Virus record (IMG/VR): IMGVR_UViG_3300043812_000021
Coordinates: 70,099-96,693 of that record
Source of the DNA: a virus
Strand: one strand, 5' to 3'
DNA: 26,595 nt
The notes under the pieces are model-generated. The model saw only the letters and a program-made list of their open reading frames with translations, did not search any database and had not been told where the DNA came from. Numbering within the stretch: the stretch's first letter is position 1; each line of letters opens with the position of its first letter. Made by a program: the position numbers and the translations under genes. Below are positions 9,810 to 17,944 of this stretch, in pieces.

Positions 9810-9891
9810 TATTATATTAATTTTCGAGTACCAGAGGGAATCCAGTAAAATGGGTTCCTTTTATATTATATTAATTTTCGAGTACCAGAGG
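9809..9891 (+). repeat. perfect 29-bp direct-repeat pair ATATTATATTAATTTTCGAGTACCAGAGG
   Basis: Copies at 9809-9837 and 9863-9891, with a terminator-like hairpin GGGAATCCA/TGGGTTCCT between them. Confidence 0.85.
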
Positions 9892-10082
9892 TTTTTTAAG
9901 AAAAAAGACAGATTAAAAAATGTGTTGTTTTACCTTGACTTCTATTGATTAGTGTGGTATTTATAAGCGTGTTAAATTTGTCCTATTTGCTATTATATGA
10001 AGAAAATAATCTAAAAAATTGTGTATCTGTTGAGTGAGTAGGGGTTATAGTTACCAAACCAGATAAAAATTAAAATTAGGGC

Positions 10083-10247
10083 TTGCATTTTATTAAAAGT
10101 ATGTTATTATAATAATGTAATAAGGAACAAGGATTATTTCAAGAGTTGAGCTTAAACTCTTAATTATTTAGAAAAAGGGTTGACAATAATAACTAACAAT
10201 GTTATTATTATAATGTAATAAGGAATTAAGAAAAGGAAGTTATAAAA
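10083..10247 (+). promoter_or_regulatory. tandem promoter cassette with stem-loop (copy 1)
   Basis: TTGCAT..TGnTATTAT; hairpin AAGAGTT-GAGCTTA-AACTCTT 10141-10161; TTGACA-17-TATTAT at 10180; RBS AAGGAAGT. Confidence 0.85.
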
Positions 10248-10644
10248 ATGACTAATGAAGAAATCATGAATGTTATTAATCAAATGGAATTAAAGAGTGC
10301 GCAAGTTGAAGCCTTAAGCGCTATTGACCTTGAAGATCGTGTTAATGATACAGTTAACGATTTATACAAGGGGGACTTTGATGGCTTTCATGGAAGAAGA
10401 TGAAACTGGACTTCGTGAGTGCTGGACTGAACTCGATGATTGGTATAATAACCATGACAATGATGAAACGCCTATTGCTTTATGGTTGTTTAACTGGATG
10501 GATGCAAGCGAGAAAGTATATTTTTTAGAAGATGTTAATTCTACAATCTTACATGACTACCTTGGTGTTGATGGTGTCAATCTATATTATCGTAATAATA
10601 TACTAGACTTAAGAGACAATTATATTACTAATATTTTAAGCTAA
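10248..10644 (+). pseudogene. acidic hypothetical early protein with apparent +1 frameshift (or sequence error)
   Basis: Cassette RBS+ATG 10248 (MTNEEIMNVINQ...DLYKGDFDGF) stops at 10401-10403; removing one base at ~10370-10389 joins it to MEEDETGLREC... of the 10324..10644 frame. Confidence 0.7.
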
Positions 10645-10661
10645 TTTTTTATAAAAAAGTA

Positions 10662-10788
10662 TTGACAATAATAACAGAACAATGTTATTATAATAATGTA
10701 ATAAGGAACAAGGATTTATTTCAAGAGTTAAGCTTAAACTCTTAAGTTATTCAGACTGTAATTTTAATAAGAAAAGGAAGTTATAAAA
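10662..10788 (+). promoter_or_regulatory. promoter + stem-loop + RBS cassette (copy 2)
   Basis: TTGACA-17-TATTAT; hairpin 10723-10743. Confidence 0.85.
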
Positions 10789-11229
10789 ATGACTGCATTT
10801 AATCAAAAAACTATTTCAACGTTAATTTTAGACAACCTAAACAAGTGCGAAGCGTTAGGTGATATTGAGGAAGAATTGACTTATGCCCACTGGTTTATTG
10901 ATAACGTTGATAAGGCTATCGAAGCCCTTAATGAATTTGAAAACTCGGATCAATTAAGGATTAAAACTTCTTTCAATGGTATTTTTGGCTCTATTCAATA
11001 CGCCCAAAACTACCTTAAAGAATTAGAGAACTCTAATTATGATTGTGACTCTTTAGATGAAGTAGACTTTGGGAATCCTTTAGAAGTTGCTTCTTATATA
11101 GCGCAAGCCAATTTTAGCTATATCTTTAATTTAATTAAAGATAATCTTAATATTGATGAGTGGGACTTACTAACACAAAAAGAGAAAACTAAAATCAAAA
11201 ATTATTTAAATGAATTAATCAGTCAATAA
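10789..11229 (+). CDS. acidic early protein, paralog of 17945..18373 (candidate Ocr-like DNA mimic)
   Basis: Cassette RBS; colinear similarity to 17945..18373. Confidence 0.8.
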   Translation: MTAFNQKTISTLILDNLNKCEALGDIEEELTYAHWFIDNVDKAIEALNEFENSDQLRIKTSFNGIFGSIQYAQNYLKELENSNYDCDSLDEVDFGNPLEVASYIAQANFSYIFNLIKDNLNIDEWDLLTQKEKTKIKNYLNELISQ

Positions 11230-11244
11230 TTTTAGCTTAATCTA

Positions 11245-11370
11245 TTGACAATAATAACCAACAATGTTATTATAATAATGTAATAAGGAACAAGGATTTA
11301 TTTCAAGAGTTAAGCTTAAACTCTTAATTATTCAAACTGTAAATTTAATAAGAAAAGGAAGTATATTAAA
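11245..11370 (+). promoter_or_regulatory. promoter + stem-loop + RBS cassette (copy 3)
   Basis: TTGACA-17-TATTAT; hairpin 11305-11325. Confidence 0.85.
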
Positions 11371-11592
11371 ATGGTTAATACTTTAGAAGTAGCAAACAAC
11401 AAAAAGAATATGAATACTGTTAAGTTTATGCAATACATAGAACCTCACATAGGATTTAGTAAAAACGGTGATAAGATTAATGTTGTAACTGATTATTATA
11501 GCAAGAGGGAACTTAAAAGCCTCTTTAATAGCTATCTTAAAAGGGACATTAATAAGTTAACAAACACTATAAAAGAACGTATTTTTAACTAA
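11371..11592 (+). CDS. hypothetical early protein
   Basis: Cassette RBS AAGGAAGT; stop abuts next promoter. Confidence 0.8.
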   Translation: MVNTLEVANNKKNMNTVKFMQYIEPHIGFSKNGDKINVVTDYYSKRELKSLFNSYLKRDINKLTNTIKERIFN

Positions 11593-11675
11593 TTTTTTAA
11601 CATTATCTATTGACAATAAGAACCAACAATGTTATTATTACAATGTAAGATAAATAAGAAAAGGAAGTTATAAAA

Positions 11676-12077
11676 ATGATTATTGAAACATATATGAACA
11701 ATTTGGAACTCAAAAAAGAATTATACAAGGACAATGAAAAAGTCTTAAAACAACTTGAATATTTAGAAAAAGCCTTTGACCTTGTTTCTGAAAGTAAATT
11801 TGATAAGGCTTTGGATGTTCTTACAAGTGGAAAAGCGGGGTCAAAAATTGCGATTGATGTTTTAAGTCAATACATCCAAAAATTTGAACTCAATAATTAT
11901 AATAAAATACAGTACAATGTACTCGGTATCCATGAAGTTAACGTTAACAATTTAGTCAATGAAAAATGGTGGAAAGTAGTAGAATTAGACAATACTAAAA
12001 AAGTTATTACTATTGCTAAGACTAGCAAAGAATTACAATATGATTTACTAAATTATCTATCAATATATTTTAAATAA
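11676..12077 (+). CDS. hypothetical early protein
   Basis: Own promoter at 11610 and RBS; first 10 aa identical to 13672..13983. Confidence 0.8.
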   Translation: MIIETYMNNLELKKELYKDNEKVLKQLEYLEKAFDLVSESKFDKALDVLTSGKAGSKIAIDVLSQYIQKFELNNYNKIQYNVLGIHEVNVNNLVNEKWWKVVELDNTKKVITIAKTSKELQYDLLNYLSIYFK

Positions 12078-12147
12078 TCTATTGACAATATAACAGAACA
12101 ATGTTATTATTACAATGTAAGATAAATAAGAAAAGGAAGTAATTAAA

Positions 12148-12441
12148 ATGGATAATGTGGAATTAACTAATAAAATTATGGAACTTGTAGATTTTGTTAT
12201 TGAAGGCGATGATATTACAATCGACCTTGATCTGTTAAATGTATATTATCAAGGCAATTGGCTTTTTGATTATGATAGTACGGATAAAAACGATGTACTA
12301 ATCTATACAACAAACGATAGCGGTTCCCGCAAGTTGTTAATTGACCGTAATAATCCTACTAATAAGGATTTGAAAAAAGTTAGTCAAGTGATTACAGATA
12401 GCCTTAACATGGTTGAAGCATTAATTGAAGGTAAACAGTAA
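12148..12441 (+). CDS. acidic hypothetical early protein
   Basis: Own promoter at 12082 and RBS. Confidence 0.8.
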   Translation: MDNVELTNKIMELVDFVIEGDDITIDLDLLNVYYQGNWLFDYDSTDKNDVLIYTTNDSGSRKLLIDRNNPTNKDLKKVSQVITDSLNMVEALIEGKQ

Positions 12442-12453
12442 GGGGGTATAATT

Positions 12454-12651
12454 ATGAATGAAAGGGACAACCGCCGTAATTATGTACATGATAAACAGAT
12501 TCCAGAATCTTATAAAAAGGCTAAAAAACTAATTGTTATTAGTTTACTGGTGCTTGTTACCCCTATTATTGTGTTATCTATGCTGGATCCCGCTAACTGG
12601 TGGATAATTATTTTCATAACAATTATGACCCCGCTTTGGTCAAGAAGATAA
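12454..12651 (+). CDS. small membrane protein
   Basis: RBS AAGGGGG; two hydrophobic segments. Confidence 0.7.
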   Translation: MNERDNRRNYVHDKQIPESYKKAKKLIVISLLVLVTPIIVLSMLDPANWWIIIFITIMTPLWSRR

Positions 12652-12668
12652 AAAGGGGTGATTAGATT

Positions 12669-13061
12669 GTGTTAACCTTAAAAGATTTTTTTAAAATCAA
12701 ACCCCAGTCTAAACAGTCTAAATCTATGTATAGCTTCTACCGTTCATATATGATTAATATGGACGACTATTCCAAACCAGATTCAGAGACTAGCTTAATT
12801 ACATTTAAAGCTTTAGATTATGAATTAAAGCAAGTAATTAAAATCGATACTATTAAAATCTATGCCCCTAACTTTTCCAGTTGTCTATTAGCTTGGCAAC
12901 CCCGTTATAAAAGAATGTTAACTATCTTCGATAATTATATATTTATTGATAATGTATTTATTGACTTGTTAACCAACCAACGGGAATATGGACATTCTTA
13001 TAATATGTATAATTCTTTGAAATTCTTAAAAGACAAGGATTTCAAAATTCCTAAAAAATAA
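12669..13061 (+). CDS. hypothetical early protein
   Basis: RBS AGGGGTG, GTG start. Confidence 0.7.
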   Translation: MLTLKDFFKIKPQSKQSKSMYSFYRSYMINMDDYSKPDSETSLITFKALDYELKQVIKIDTIKIYAPNFSSCLLAWQPRYKRMLTIFDNYIFIDNVFIDLLTNQREYGHSYNMYNSLKFLKDKDFKIPKK

Positions 13062-13074
13062 TTTGTAATAAGTA

Positions 13075-13241
13075 TTGACAATATAACAGAACAATGTTAT
13101 TATAATAATGTAATAAGGAACAAGGATTTATTTCAAGAGTTAAGCTGAAACTCTTAATTATTTAGAAAAAGGGTTGACAATAAGAAGTAACAATGTTATT
13201 ATAATAATGTAATAAGGAATTAAGAAAAGGAAGTAATAAAA
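13075..13241 (+). promoter_or_regulatory. tandem promoter cassette with stem-loop (copy 4)
   Basis: TTGACA at 13075 and 13174; hairpin 13135-13155 with loop variant AAGCTGA. Confidence 0.85.
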
Positions 13242-13595
13242 ATGAAAATCTACAAACTACCAGAGTATGGTGATTCCCGTTTTTACAAGCATTTTGTTTA
13301 TTCAAAGGCTAATGAATACGAAAATGCTAGTCTTTACTCCGTTACATATGAACACGTTTTGACTGATTGGGAAGGCAACGTCGAAGGGTCAAGTACTAAC
13401 CTTAATGAATTAGCTAATAAGCTAGAGTTAGGCTATTATCCAGAAGATACTTTGCAAGAAGAATATTTGCTTGTTAATGGTGAGAATGCTATTAAGGACT
13501 TGCTCAAAGATTACCCTTTGCCTATTCAACAAGAATTAGAGAATTATAAACAAACGCCTACGGGTATTTATTTCAAACCCTATTCAATTTTTTAA
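13242..13595 (+). CDS. hypothetical early protein
   Basis: Cassette RBS; 117 aa. Confidence 0.8.
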   Translation: MKIYKLPEYGDSRFYKHFVYSKANEYENASLYSVTYEHVLTDWEGNVEGSSTNLNELANKLELGYYPEDTLQEEYLLVNGENAIKDLLKDYPLPIQQELENYKQTPTGIYFKPYSIF

Positions 13596-13671
13596 CATTA
13601 TCTATTGACAATAAGAAGTAACAATGTTATTATTATAATGTAATAAGAAATAAGAAAAGGAAGTTATAAAA

Positions 13672-13983
13672 ATGATTATTGAAACATATATGAACAACCT
13701 TAATCAAGAGTGTGGAATTGCTGAAGATCTTGATTTTGATAATTTTGATAGTAATACCCGTTTGTTTGTTAATAATCAAAATCAAATCTATTTTGGAATG
13801 ATTGTTAACTATTTTGGTGATATTCAAGTAGTTAATCTAATGACTGGTGATTTTGGATTTTTTGACTCAGAAAACAACCAACTAGAAAAGGAGGGTCAAA
13901 TGAAAGTCACTTATTTTATGAAAGATTTAAACCGCTATTTATTGCAAGAGTTTGACTATGATAATATTATCGAACATATTTAA
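13672..13983 (+). CDS. acidic hypothetical early protein
   Basis: Own promoter at 13605 and RBS. Confidence 0.8.
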   Translation: MIIETYMNNLNQECGIAEDLDFDNFDSNTRLFVNNQNQIYFGMIVNYFGDIQVVNLMTGDFGFFDSENNQLEKEGQMKVTYFMKDLNRYLLQEFDYDNIIEHI

Positions 13984-14000
13984 TTTTTTAACATTATCTA

Positions 14001-14166
14001 TTGACAATATAACAAAACAATGTTATTATAATAATGTAATAAGGAACAAGGATTATTTCAAGAGTTAAGCTTAAACTCTTAATTATTTAGAAAAAGGGTT
14101 GACAATAATAACTAACAATGTTATTATAATAATGTAATAAGGAATTAAGAAAAGGAAGTTATAAAA
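14001..14166 (+). promoter_or_regulatory. tandem promoter cassette with stem-loop (copy 5)
   Basis: TTGACA at 14001 and 14099; hairpin 14060-14080. Confidence 0.85.
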
Positions 14167-14481
14167 ATGACTAATGTATACACTATGAAAGATTGGAATA
14201 ATGAAGCAACTGGTGAATTAAATCCAAAGTTATTTCAAGAAGTTGATCATGAAATCTATTCTGAAATGTATGAAGTTTTACCACCATTACCACTAGAAAA
14301 AGCAACGAAAAAAATTTTAGAAAATCAGTTAGGTATTAAGTTCATTCAAACATTTTGCATGGGTGAAGCTTATACAACGGATGATGACGACCCAGAAAGA
14401 TATTTATACCAATCATTTGGTAAAGCTGAAAATGGTAAATGTTATTATTTAGGCTTGCGCCGTTCAGAATATGATTATTAA
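14167..14481 (+). CDS. hypothetical early protein (weak resemblance to DUF1419)
   Basis: Cassette RBS; EVDHEIYSEMYEVLPPL...FCMGEAYT...GKCYYLG pattern; family call is from recall only. Confidence 0.75.
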   Translation: MTNVYTMKDWNNEATGELNPKLFQEVDHEIYSEMYEVLPPLPLEKATKKILENQLGIKFIQTFCMGEAYTTDDDDPERYLYQSFGKAENGKCYYLGLRRSEYDY

Positions 14482-14500
14482 TAAAAGGTAGGTAAATAAA

Positions 14501-14794
14501 ATGAATAATGTAATTAGATTTGAACTTGTAAAAGTTGACCCTCAAACTGAATTATCAATCGAACGGGGGGAGTATCGTATACGAAATGAATTTGGTGAAG
14601 TTGTTCCTGCTTGTAAATTAAGCATAGTTGTTAAAGATATGGCTAAGGCAAAAATTATCTTACAAGAACATGATACCATTATCAATGGCAAAGGATTTTA
14701 TGTTAGCGGTGAAAACAAACTAACTTTGGATTGCTTTAATAATAAACAAGTAGATAATTTACTTACTTATTATCAAGAAGTGTTTGGTTTATAA
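14501..14794 (+). CDS. hypothetical early protein
   Basis: RBS AGGTAGGT. Confidence 0.75.
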   Translation: MNNVIRFELVKVDPQTELSIERGEYRIRNEFGEVVPACKLSIVVKDMAKAKIILQEHDTIINGKGFYVSGENKLTLDCFNNKQVDNLLTYYQEVFGL

Positions 14795-14813
14795 AAAGGG
14801 GTGTGATTAAACT

Positions 14814-14996
14814 ATGGAGCCTATTATAATGCAGGGTCAAGATATGATCGATTTTCAAAACTCACAAGGCGATGATTGCTATTTTGACAAAGATTATCAA
14901 GTAGTTACTATCAATCCTAGATATAAGTATTTAGTAGGATTGGACGAAATCGAAAAGAATTCAATTATATACAAAGTAATTAAAGAAGGTGATTAA
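14814..14996 (+). CDS. small hypothetical early protein
   Basis: RBS AGGGGTG; followed by terminator. Confidence 0.7.
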   Translation: MEPIIMQGQDMIDFQNSQGDDCYFDKDYQVVTINPRYKYLVGLDEIEKNSIIYKVIKEGD

Positions 14997-15015
14997 TTTT
15001 ACCTTCTTTTTTTTT
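14983..15015 (+). terminator. intrinsic terminator
   Basis: AAGAAGGTGA/TTACCTTCTT stem + long T run. Confidence 0.8.
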
Positions 15016-15024
15016 GTCAAAGGG

Positions 15025-15203
15025 TATTAAGTTATTAAGTTATTCAGTTATTAAACTATACTCAGTTATTAAGTTATTCAGTTATTAAGTTATTCAGTTA
15101 TTGGGTTATTAAACTATTAAACTATTAAACTATTAAACTATTAAACTATTAAACTATTAAACTATTCAGTTATTAAGTTATTAAGTTATTAAACTATACT
15201 CAG
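15025..15203. repeat. tandem repeat, 22 units of ~8 bp (TATTAAGT/TATTCAGT/TATTAAAC/TATACTCAG)
   Basis: Read directly; includes seven consecutive TATTAAAC units at 15107-15162. Confidence 0.95.
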
Positions 15204-15416
15204 CCCTACCCTATTTAGCTATAAAAGTCAAATAATAGATTAAAAAAATGTTGCAAATACAACATAATTTCAGAAAGCCTAACTATATAAATTTATCTAG
15301 TAAAATCCTTGACTTCTTGCGATTATTATGGTATAGAATAATCTTAAAATTGTATCTTTACATAGTTAACAAAACATGATATAATATAATTAAAAGATAA
15401 GGAAGGAAGTATCACA

Positions 15417-15737
15417 ATGAAAAAAGGAATGCAACCAAAAAATTATATTGTTAGTACTATTGGCAATAAAGACAAAGTAAAAGTGAATTACTTTAAAGAT
15501 AGTAATAATTATTACATGGATCAAGACTATCGCAATTTAACAGTGGGTGATATTGCACTAGTAAAGGATAATGCACTCCACTACCTTGATAGTGTATATT
15601 ATAAGGAATTACACCGCCTTGACTCAATTCTGTTAAGTTATGATAAGGCGGAATATAAGGATTTAAGCAATAAACTAGCTAACGTTATCTTTGAATTAAA
15701 GCAAAAGCTAGTTGAAGAGTATAGACTCTTCCAGTAA
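15417..15737 (+). CDS. hypothetical early protein
   Basis: Promoter TTTACA-17-TATAAT (from 15357), RBS AAGGAAGGAAGT. Confidence 0.8.
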   Translation: MKKGMQPKNYIVSTIGNKDKVKVNYFKDSNNYYMDQDYRNLTVGDIALVKDNALHYLDSVYYKELHRLDSILLSYDKAEYKDLSNKLANVIFELKQKLVEEYRLFQ

Positions 15738-16060
15738 AAAGGTAAATAAATTAAACAATTCACAATCAAGGGTAAAAACTAAGAATGTTATTATATCAAC
15801 GTTCGTTAAGTCTCTACCCTTTTAGTTTTACATATAAAAGATAAAGACAATAAGGGTAATTAGTGATTATCTTCACTAATTAAAAACAACAAAAAAGCCC
15901 TATAAAAGCTAATAAAAGGCAAAAACAAGCCAAAAACGTATAAATAAATTAATAAAAATATTTTAACAGTTGATAAATTTTAGAGTTAAAAAAGCCCCGT
16001 AAAGACTGGTATAATAGCATTCTTAACAAGTGGATCGATCCAATTAATTCTATAAATGTG

Positions 16061-16089
16061 TTGACAATATGATTACATAATGATATAAT
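16061..16089 (+). promoter_or_regulatory. consensus sigma-A promoter without a convincing downstream gene
   Basis: TTGACA-17-TATAAT with extended TG. Confidence 0.75.
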
Positions 16090-16347
16090 ATAATTGAAAG
16101 ATAAGGAAAGGGAAGTGATTAATAGAAAACTAAACTTAATTAAACAACTGAATAAAATAGACTGTAACATTAAGAACAGAATATAGCTGGAGTTTATTAG
16201 GGCTATACGGTGGATGTATATGATTAGGGAAGAAGATACTTAATTTTTAAAAAGGTACGGATTACTCTAAACATATCTAGCTAACAACAACCAAAAATGG
16301 TTTCCCTTACCAGCTATCTGGGCGTTTGCTATTTACCTTTCAATATT

Positions 16348-16376
16348 ATAATAACATTAATAGGCTTCATTGTCAA
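16348..16376 (-). promoter_or_regulatory. minus-strand copy of the cassette-type promoter
   Basis: Reverse complement reads TTGACA-ATGAAGCCTATTAATGT-TATTAT (17-bp spacer). Confidence 0.7.
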
Positions 16377-16592
16377 TACTTATTTATAAAAAATCAACTT
16401 GATTATCTTATAGCCCTATTTCTTTATATAACCGTGTTTAATTCATTTTTAGGCTTTAATGGTAGATTATACCTAAACAGTGCTAAAACGCCTCAGAATA
16501 GCTTACATGGAAAATTAGTGCTATTCTAGTTATTGTTTATCTAGTAGGTGCTATAATTGCTAAAATCAATCAATAAAAATTAAAATTAGGGC

Positions 16593-16750
16593 TTGCATTA
16601 TGTTAAAAGTATGCTATTATAAAAGTGTAATAAGAAACAAGGATTTATTTCAAGAGTTAAGCTTAAACTCTTAATTATTTAGAAAACCTATTGACAAACT
16701 TAACTAACAATGTTATTATTATAATGTAATAAAGAAAGGAAGTTATAAAA
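16593..16750 (+). promoter_or_regulatory. tandem promoter cassette with stem-loop (copy 6)
   Basis: TTGCAT at 16593 (upstream ATAAAAATTAAAATTAGGGC shared with copy 1), hairpin 16652-16672, TTGACA at 16691. Confidence 0.85.
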
Positions 16751-17005
16751 ATGACTAATGATATTAAAAATGTTCTGAATGATTTAGCTAACAAGGTAAG
16801 GGAAGCAACTAATGCTAGTATCAGTTTACAGACTGTACATGATAATGCTAACATTTTTCCACAAAATCTAATTGTTAACGATAGTTGGCAATTGCTTACA
16901 CCAAAGGAGCAGGAACAGTTACAAGCCAATGGAATCACTAATAATTTAGTTATCAAACTAATTAATAGAATTAATAGAATTGAAGAATTTAACAAACTAA
17001 AATAA
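16751..17005 (+). CDS. hypothetical early protein
   Basis: Cassette RBS. Confidence 0.8.
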   Translation: MTNDIKNVLNDLANKVREATNASISLQTVHDNANIFPQNLIVNDSWQLLTPKEQEQLQANGITNNLVIKLINRINRIEEFNKLK

Positions 17006-17092
17006 TCAGACCAGATAAAAATTTAAATAAACTATTGACAATAACAACAATCAATGTTATTATAATAATGTAACAAGGAAGGAAGTAATAAA

Positions 17093-17368
17093 ATGAATTG
17101 GAATGATTTGATTATTGAGAAAAGTTGCGGAATTGTCACGGAGAAAAATATTGATAATTTTAATGTGGCTTTTTGGTACGCAATTAATAACGAACATGAT
17201 TCAGATACCCCCAAAGGAGAACTTTGTAAATTTACCATTGATATGTGGGGAATGAAACTTATGGGACACTATGTCGCAGATTGGATTGGCGATGATGAAT
17301 ACCCTAATGAAACAGAGCCTTGTGAAATTGAACTTGACCATTTAGCAATTATAAAACTTAAGAAGTAA
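17093..17368 (+). CDS. acidic hypothetical early protein
   Basis: Own promoter at 17035 and RBS. Confidence 0.8.
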   Translation: MNWNDLIIEKSCGIVTEKNIDNFNVAFWYAINNEHDSDTPKGELCKFTIDMWGMKLMGHYVADWIGDDEYPNETEPCEIELDHLAIIKLKK

Positions 17369-17460
17369 ATGAAATAAAATTTAAATAAACTATTGACAAT
17401 AATAACTAGCAATGTTATTATAATAATGTAATAAGGAATTAAGAAAAGGAAGTAATCAAA

Positions 17461-17769
17461 ATGGAAAAGTTAACAGACAATGTAAAAACTGAATTAGTTA
17501 GTCTTATTGAAACAACTTATGGTGAAGCAATCCTTACCTTGAAACGAGGTGAAGAAGAAAAAGAAATTGTCATTGCTAACACTGGTTTATCTGAAGTAGT
17601 GTATGAATCCGCTATTGATTATTATATGTATGACTTAAATTGGACTCAAGAACAATTTGATCATTATTGGGAAAACGGGGGCGAAGATAAGGAAATCGAT
17701 AATTACATTGAGGGGACTGTTGATTATTACGATGATGAGTCTACGTGGGAAGAATTACAACAAAATTAA
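17461..17769 (+). CDS. highly acidic early protein (candidate DNA mimic)
   Basis: Own promoter at 17393; hand count ~27 D/E vs 6 K/R in 102 aa. Confidence 0.8.
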   Translation: MEKLTDNVKTELVSLIETTYGEAILTLKRGEEEKEIVIANTGLSEVVYESAIDYYMYDLNWTQEQFDHYWENGGEDKEIDNYIEGTVDYYDDESTWEELQQN

Positions 17770-17778
17770 ATAAACCTA

Positions 17779-17944
17779 TTGACAATTATAACATTCAATG
17801 TTATTATTATAATGTAATAAAGAACAAGGATTATTTCAAGAATTAAGCTTAAATTCTTAATTATTTAGAAAAAACTATTGACAATAATAACTAACAATGT
17901 TATTATTATAATGTAAGATAAATAAGGAAAAGGAAGTAATCAAA
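17779..17944 (+). promoter_or_regulatory. tandem promoter cassette with stem-loop (copy 7, compensatory variant)
   Basis: TTGACA at 17779 and 17878; hairpin AAGAATT-AAGCTTA-AATTCTT 17838-17858. Confidence 0.85.

Larger units (their letters stand above)
10083..17944 (+). repeat. dispersed promoter-leader cassette family TTGACAATAATAACnAACAATGTTATTATwATAATGTAATAAGGAA...AAGAAAAGGAAGTwATAAAAATG
   Basis: TTGACA copies start at 10180, 10662, 11245, 11610, 12082, 13075, 13174, 13605, 14001, 14099, 16691, 17035, 17393, 17779, 17878; TTGCAT variants at 10083 and 16593; more divergent copies at 15357, 16061, 18667 and minus-strand 16376. Confidence 0.95.

Noticed and set aside
9809-9891. Mini-CRISPR (29-bp repeat, 25-bp spacer)
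   Set aside because: Only two copies, repeat is non-palindromic and AT-rich, the spacer is a terminator-like hairpin, and there is no cas gene.
10324-10644. ORF-track start at 10324
   Set aside because: No RBS; the cassette RBS points to ATG 10248, implying a frameshift.
9909-15358. Shared short motifs between ~9909-10028 and ~15236-15358 (CCTTGACTTC...TGGTAT, AATAATCT..AAATTGT)
   Set aside because: Spacing is not colinear and the motifs are short and AT-rich; may be weak promoters but not supportable as a repeat.
10083-17944. CRISPR array or true integron interpretation of the dispersed repeats
   Set aside because: Intervals are whole genes of variable length, the repeats are promoter/RBS sequences, and there is no cas gene, integrase or attC-like structure in the window.
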